From a virus (lineage: Duplodnaviria > Caudoviricetes): a stretch of DNA of 32,804 bases. The position numbers were made by a program, and so were the translations under genes. Below, one piece after another: positions 28,901-32,804 of this stretch. The notes under the pieces are model-generated. The model was not told where the DNA came from, did not search any database, and worked only from the letters and a program-made list of their open reading frames with translations. Location: positions 1 through 32,804 of IMG/VR virus record IMGVR_UViG_3300023092_000150; one strand, written 5' to 3'. Numbering within the stretch: position 1 is the stretch's first letter; each line of letters starts with the position of its first letter.

Positions 28901-29567
28901 CCAATTCTTGCAAAGAAGTGTTATCGACTATACCTGATTGAGTTGCTGAAACTACCTGATCTGTAGCTAATTTATAAGGAGTACTGCTATCTGGCATTTC
29001 TGGAAAACTAAAAGTATTTTGTCCTGCTGATTCTCCATCAAAAAGTAATTTTAAATTTTTATCTCCTTTGCTCCAGTTTATATTATCACCATTGTATTGA
29101 ATTCCTTCTCCTAGTGGACCATCAATTGATAAGTTTTTAGAATCTATTGTAGCACTATATTCTTCGTCTAAAAATACAATTGGCTGAGTAAGGGATTTAT
29201 TGTCGGAATTTAATACCTGATCTAATGTAGGAATTGCCGAACTAATAGTAATATCTCCATCTCCAACTATTGCTTCTCCATTAATAGTTTTAAATTCAGG
29301 TTTATTAATCAATTGGCTCAAACCAGATTCGCTATTCCAATCTGTATTTACTTGTGGGGCGTGGGCAATTTTATCAGCTAAATGATTATCTAAAATTGTT
29401 TTATCTGCTTTGGTTAAAAGCAATTCGTCAATTCCATCGATATCTTTTACGGGAACTTTTTCAAATTTATGTCGAAAGGAATCCCAGGTATCCCAGAATT
29501 GTGCCTGCGATGGTTTAAGACCAGTTTTAAACCAATTTTTTATGGTATTTAATGTTTGTATTGCCAT
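25983..29567 (-). CDS. Tail fibre-like protein B (1194 aa) with duplicated beta-solenoid module
   Basis: Same N-terminus; 14-aa NTAVG..AL..NTTG repeats (YadA-head-like) in two blocks. Confidence 0.75.
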   Translation of the reverse strand: MAIQTLNTIKNWFKTGLKPSQAQFWDTWDSFRHKFEKVPVKDIDGIDELLLTKADKTILDNHLADKIAHAPQVNTDWNSESGLSQLINKPEFKTINGEAIVGDGDITISSAIPTLDQVLNSDNKSLTQPIVFLDEEYSATIDSKNLSIDGPLGEGIQYNGDNINWSKGDKNLKLLFDGESAGQNTFSFPEMPDSSTPYKLATDQVVSATQSGIVDNTSLQELGGVDKLINGVRIGRGNNQDISNVVFSSGYTNEVSTGLRSSALGFGTLNSNTTGNNNTAVGCNALTANTTGPSNTAVGRNALMSNTTASFNSAFGTQSLMFNTTGTLNMAFGSNALYNNTTGNNNVSAGASSLQTNTTGGYNTSLGAYSLYSSNGISNIAIGNMAGSTISTGNNNIIIGATSNSSLTPGSLTTGSNNLVIGPNQGLTSGITTGNGNVVLGKITGLPSDSENTISLSDGIGNVALRKETDNRLLAPGLTNALIDSGGAKSLVTKEYLDAHSGGSSQNLQQTLENGGSAEFSYNGGIQELSMFDGNGAIEFYTSGEDVESGESKTSDGIINKNNIQLRHTYLNAGISRDAYLDVSSGKIRLQEQNNTHDALLEFEDQTGSRSTFQIPNKNPSVDTTYKLATTDDVSLQKIVDNTASATKENSGINLMAGSGGLANNFMYMSNGLSGSSYVETQFKQTPDYVRLALYKGSGNANEFIGISESAGINLYKKGETYETNIAVAEPVANTGIVFPAPSIAGNYTLATTADIASAPKPTLAQVLTAGNFGDRALAISYSDKDVLLDNDRVRFLNTTSGASTSYAPTFINVTGSGGKFTQLTFPANATENRTFSFSNTKPQGSYTIATTDDIPTILPASATQSGIVDNTSLQELGGVDKIINGIRIGRGNNSTNNGNTALGSNALTSATTSTANTAIGRSTLALATTGGFNTAVGAVTLANLTTGTQNVGLGASTLRYTTTGGFNLGIGASALTNNLTGSRNTAIGAAAGGGITSDDNIAIGYLAMGLPSVVSTGTRNIVMGFQAGGQLTSGSNNVLIENQDIFSATITTGSNNVILKQGSTSTGVTTGNNNTVIGNVTGLPTDASNLALLSDGSGNIAIRKEADNRLLAPTLTNALIDSGGAKSLVTKEYLIKIYTNASTTAPTTNAELNSLYPNAKEGDEVTFLDSTPYSLICKKLLSGWVMYQVGKLP

Positions 29568-29890
29568 GTTTTTTCTTTTAAATTTATTTGATTATCGAAC
29601 TTTTAAGATGTTAGGACAAAAGAAAAGCGTCCTGTATATTTTTTATGATTGTCAATTTATGGGAAAATTATATTCTCAGATTGAAATCTTTTTTTAAGTA
29701 TTCGATTAAGAAAAAGCGAAAATTATTTTTGTTGGGAATTTTAGGCATTTTTCTTCTGCCCTCTGATAATAAAGAATTCATGGTGGTATTTGTTTAATTG
29801 ATTTATATTAATGAGATAATTGTTTTTTGAAGAATAGCAGGAGTAATTCTGATTGTTATAAATAGTGTTACTATTTAAATTTTGTGGGTG

Positions 29891-29954
29891 TAAAAGTAGT
29901 TTAGAAGAATACAAAAAATGAAAAATTTAAACTCAGTTTTTCGGTAGTTTCAGT
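29891..29954 (-). promoter_or_regulatory. Promoter of the fibre B/A/adhesin operon with conserved upstream motif
   Basis: Minus strand TACTTTTA (29891-29898) and ACTGAAACTACCG (29942-29954), 43 bp apart. Confidence 0.7.
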
Positions 29955-30070
29955 GGAATGTAAGTAGAGGTAAAGTTTAGTTATATAATTATTTTATGTT
30001 TTTGTCTCGATTTATAGATGTTGATTTGTGTAAGAATAAAACTAATTTTTGTCATCTGATATTTGCTAAC

Positions 30071-30125
30071 AAAAAACACCCAAGATCATTAGGAACAAGT
30101 GTTCTTCATGATTTTGGGTGTATTT
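30071..30125 (-). terminator. Terminator after the fibre C operon
   Basis: aaaaaacacccaagatcat..atgattttgggtgt inverted repeat, similar to the 21000 hairpin. Confidence 0.65.
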
Positions 30126-30229
30126 GAAAATAAAAAGAGTTTATTTTAGAACAATAGGTGGCTTTAAATTTTTGTCTTAAGAGTTAAGTTTCTTTTATTA
30201 CTCATTCAGTAGCCGACGGCTGATTGTTT

Positions 30230-30650
30230 TTAAAAATTAAATCTTCCATCCTCGTCTTCAGAAATGATGTAACCTTTTAAGATGTCTTCTAATTTGACAG
30301 GTGTTTTTAAAATGAGTTTTATCAAATAGTTAAATGCTGGCATTGTAAAATATCGCTCGCTTTCGTTTAAAATTGTACCGTCACCATCTTTTTCTTCAAT
30401 GAAATTTCGGTTTAAGATTGGTTTAAAATTTTCATCCCGAACGATCATCATAATGGAATTATCAACGTGTCAATCTGGTACTTGCTGATTGAACATTGAA
30501 AGTTACATCTTGGCCATCTTTTTCATAGATTATTCTATAATTTAGGTCAAAAGTTGAAATATCTAAGTTCATTTGAATACCCGCAATTTCAATTGTTCTT
30601 TGGACATCTGGAAAAATTTTGCTGTTTGAAATTTTTTGTGTGATTGACAT
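30230..30650 (-). pseudogene. Disrupted fibre-associated small protein
   Basis: Removing one base at 30499-30501 and reading through TGA at 30470-30472 joins the two ORFs: ..DVTSMFNQQVPD*HVDNSIMMIVRDENF.. Confidence 0.6.
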
Positions 30651-30659
30651 TAATTTGTT

Positions 30660-32804
30660 TTATTTAATGGTTTCTATATATAGAGCATAGTTATTATTTC
30701 TGATCACTTTTCTTTTATTTTCACCCAATGCATTTGTAGCATCAGCATAAGTAATTGTATTTTTAAACGCAAACGAAAAAGACGCTTCAGAAGCTGAAAA
30801 TGTTCGTGAATTTGCATCATCTCTTAAGTAGTATAATGCATCAGAATTACTTACAACACCGTCAACTATACTTTGAACGACAAATCGAATTGTTGACCAT
30901 TGAGCTGTTAATGGGTTACTTGTATGCATATCGGTTAAAATTGTATTTTGATAATTTTTTAAACCATTATTTTTTAGCCCAGAAAATTCCATGATTTTAA
31001 CTTGGTTTATTGCACCTCTACCAGTGTAATCTGTTGCAAAAAGGCCATTATTTATTTTTAAGAATACTTCCGTTTTTGCAATCGTTGGCTCTATTGAACC
31101 AACTAGTGGAGAGGTATTTAGAAAATATGTTTCATTAGTAGCGTTTAGTCTTAACACTGACACATACCTTATGCTTCCTATAACTGACAAACTTGAAGTC
31201 TTTTCATATATAGCAGAAATTGCTCCAGTTATATCTGTCTGTATCGTACTTAATGACTTGTATGCTAGTAAAATCAAACCATCAGCTGATGTAATCAATT
31301 TTGATCTAATTCCATTGTGCGTTTCCCATAGTAGACCATTGGAATCACGTTCAATCGCGCCGTTTTGAGGAACTGTTGTTAATACCCCATTTGGAATAAG
31401 GATACCTTGAGAAAAATTCCAAACTGCTTTAATTGTTTGAGCTTGCGATTTCATACTTTCCCACCAATTGAACAATTTAGATCGACTAACGACTTTGTTA
31501 TCTTCTGCAACAGATACAGTAGTTTGCGTTTCGGCATCCGTTGCAAGTGTTGCTGTCAATTTAATTTGATCCAACTGCTTACCCATTTCGGCTGTCAATG
31601 CTTTAGCAACTCCTCCTGTTTTAAGGTCGTTGACCAAGATAGTTGACAAGTAAGATTCAACGTTTTCAATTGCATCAACTATCTCCTGAATGGTATCCAA
31701 ATCAATATTATCAGACGACAATAATGTATTGATTCCGTTTATTTGATTTTGTAACAGCTTACCCTGTTCGGCGCTTAAAATAGATGTTGCGCCTCCAGTA
31801 ATCAAATCGTTTACTATGTATAAATATTGACTCGCTAATTTGGTTAACGAATCAAGAGGAGCATAACCATTAGCCAAACCTTTTTGCGATTTATCTTCTT
31901 TATTCAGGTCTAAAGTTTTCCCCATTTCAGCTGTTAACGCCTTCGTAACCCCGCCAGTAGTCAAATCATTAACTAAAATGCTGCTTAATGAAACCTGAAC
32001 AGTTTCTATTGCATCAACAATTTCCTGAATAGTATCCAGATTGATATTGTCTGAACTTAAAACTGTTAATATATCATCAATCTGACTTTGCAGAACAACT
32101 CCTTGCTCAGCAGATAATGAAGCTGTTGCACCTCCGGCTGTTAGATTGTTAACGATTGACAAATATTGATGTGCAATTTTTGAAAACTCATCTAAAGGAG
32201 CATAACCATTAGCCAAACCTTTTTGCGATTTATCCTCTTTATTCAGCTCTAAAATTTTCCCCATCTCTGCTGTCAAAGCTTTTGTGATACCTCCGGTAGT
32301 AAGGTCATTTACCAAAATAGTATCTATTGACGTTTGAATTTGTGTAACAGCATCTACAATTTTCTGAACTGTATCGAGATCAACATTATCACATTTTAAT
32401 AATCTATTAATATTGTCTATTTGGTTTTGCAAAACAACACCTTGTTCAGCTGATAGTATTGAGTTTTCACCTCCAGCTGTTAAGTTGTTGATTAAATTAA
32501 GATACTGATGAGTAATTTTTGAAAACTCGTCTAAAGGAACATAACCGCCGGCCACACCTTTTTGATATTTATCTTCTTTACCTGAAAATAAACCAGCATG
32601 GGCAATTTGATCGTTTTTATGATCGTCTAACTGCGATTTTTCAGCTTTTGTATCCAGCGTAGTTTCAAGTTCTTCAATATCTTTTATTGGTACTTTTTCA
32701 TATTTGTGTCGAAAAGAATCCCAAGTATCCCAAAATTGATCCTGAGAAGGTTTTAAACCTGTTTTAAACCATTTTTTTATGGTGTTTAATGTTTGAATTG
32801 CCAT
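30660..32804 (-). CDS. Tail fibre-like protein C (714 aa)
   Basis: Same N-terminal motif; fibre repeats KG.A.GYAPLD, NDLTTGG..KALTAEMGK, LDTIQEIVDAI. Confidence 0.75.
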   Translation of the reverse strand: MAIQTLNTIKKWFKTGLKPSQDQFWDTWDSFRHKYEKVPIKDIEELETTLDTKAEKSQLDDHKNDQIAHAGLFSGKEDKYQKGVAGGYVPLDEFSKITHQYLNLINNLTAGGENSILSAEQGVVLQNQIDNINRLLKCDNVDLDTVQKIVDAVTQIQTSIDTILVNDLTTGGITKALTAEMGKILELNKEDKSQKGLANGYAPLDEFSKIAHQYLSIVNNLTAGGATASLSAEQGVVLQSQIDDILTVLSSDNINLDTIQEIVDAIETVQVSLSSILVNDLTTGGVTKALTAEMGKTLDLNKEDKSQKGLANGYAPLDSLTKLASQYLYIVNDLITGGATSILSAEQGKLLQNQINGINTLLSSDNIDLDTIQEIVDAIENVESYLSTILVNDLKTGGVAKALTAEMGKQLDQIKLTATLATDAETQTTVSVAEDNKVVSRSKLFNWWESMKSQAQTIKAVWNFSQGILIPNGVLTTVPQNGAIERDSNGLLWETHNGIRSKLITSADGLILLAYKSLSTIQTDITGAISAIYEKTSSLSVIGSIRYVSVLRLNATNETYFLNTSPLVGSIEPTIAKTEVFLKINNGLFATDYTGRGAINQVKIMEFSGLKNNGLKNYQNTILTDMHTSNPLTAQWSTIRFVVQSIVDGVVSNSDALYYLRDDANSRTFSASEASFSFAFKNTITYADATNALGENKRKVIRNNNYALYIETIK
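31563..32579 (-). repeat. Three tandem 339-bp (113-aa) repeats in fibre C
   Basis: KEDK codons begin at 32579, 32240 and 31901, exactly 339 bp apart. Confidence 0.9.

Noticed and set aside
100-31646. Numerous short antisense or nested ORFs in the track (e.g. 100-414, 2611-2874, 11581-11970, 17199-17573, 28327-28617)
   Set aside because: They overlap longer, motif-supported genes and have no independent coding signal
1312-32804. Intact temperate prophage
   Set aside because: No head, packaging, integrase or replication genes in the window and no att-like repeat noticed at the left border; the right side beyond the window cannot be judged
23216-32804. Shufflon or diversity-generating retroelement acting on fibres
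   Set aside because: All fibres are co-oriented with their own start codons; no invertase or reverse transcriptase gene and no adenine-specific template/variable repeat pair noticed

Overview
AT-rich, Flavobacterium-like (Bacteroidota) window. After a host NamZ/DUF1343 gene (1-1149), the remaining ~31.5 kb is a nearly all minus-strand, headless contractile phage-tail locus. It encodes a sheath, tube, terminator-like protein, two chaperone-like proteins, hub, spike, baseplate subunits, four fibre-like proteins, a BspA-type adhesin, a holin and an M15 endolysin. No capsid, portal, terminase, integrase, replication gene or full-length tape measure is visible. Where the tape measure would sit there is a candidate cell-wall-hydrolase toxin with a lipoprotein and an array of immunity-like genes. 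Regulation can be read from the sequence: a LexA/CI-like repressor, an unannotated 59-aa HTH gene, and a 13-bp motif placed 42-43 bp from a Bacteroidota -7-like promoter element at six positions. The best interpretation is a domesticated, probably SOS-inducible tailocin/injection system with alternative fibres. All family assignments come from motif recognition by eye, not database searches, and the locus probably continues beyond the right edge.
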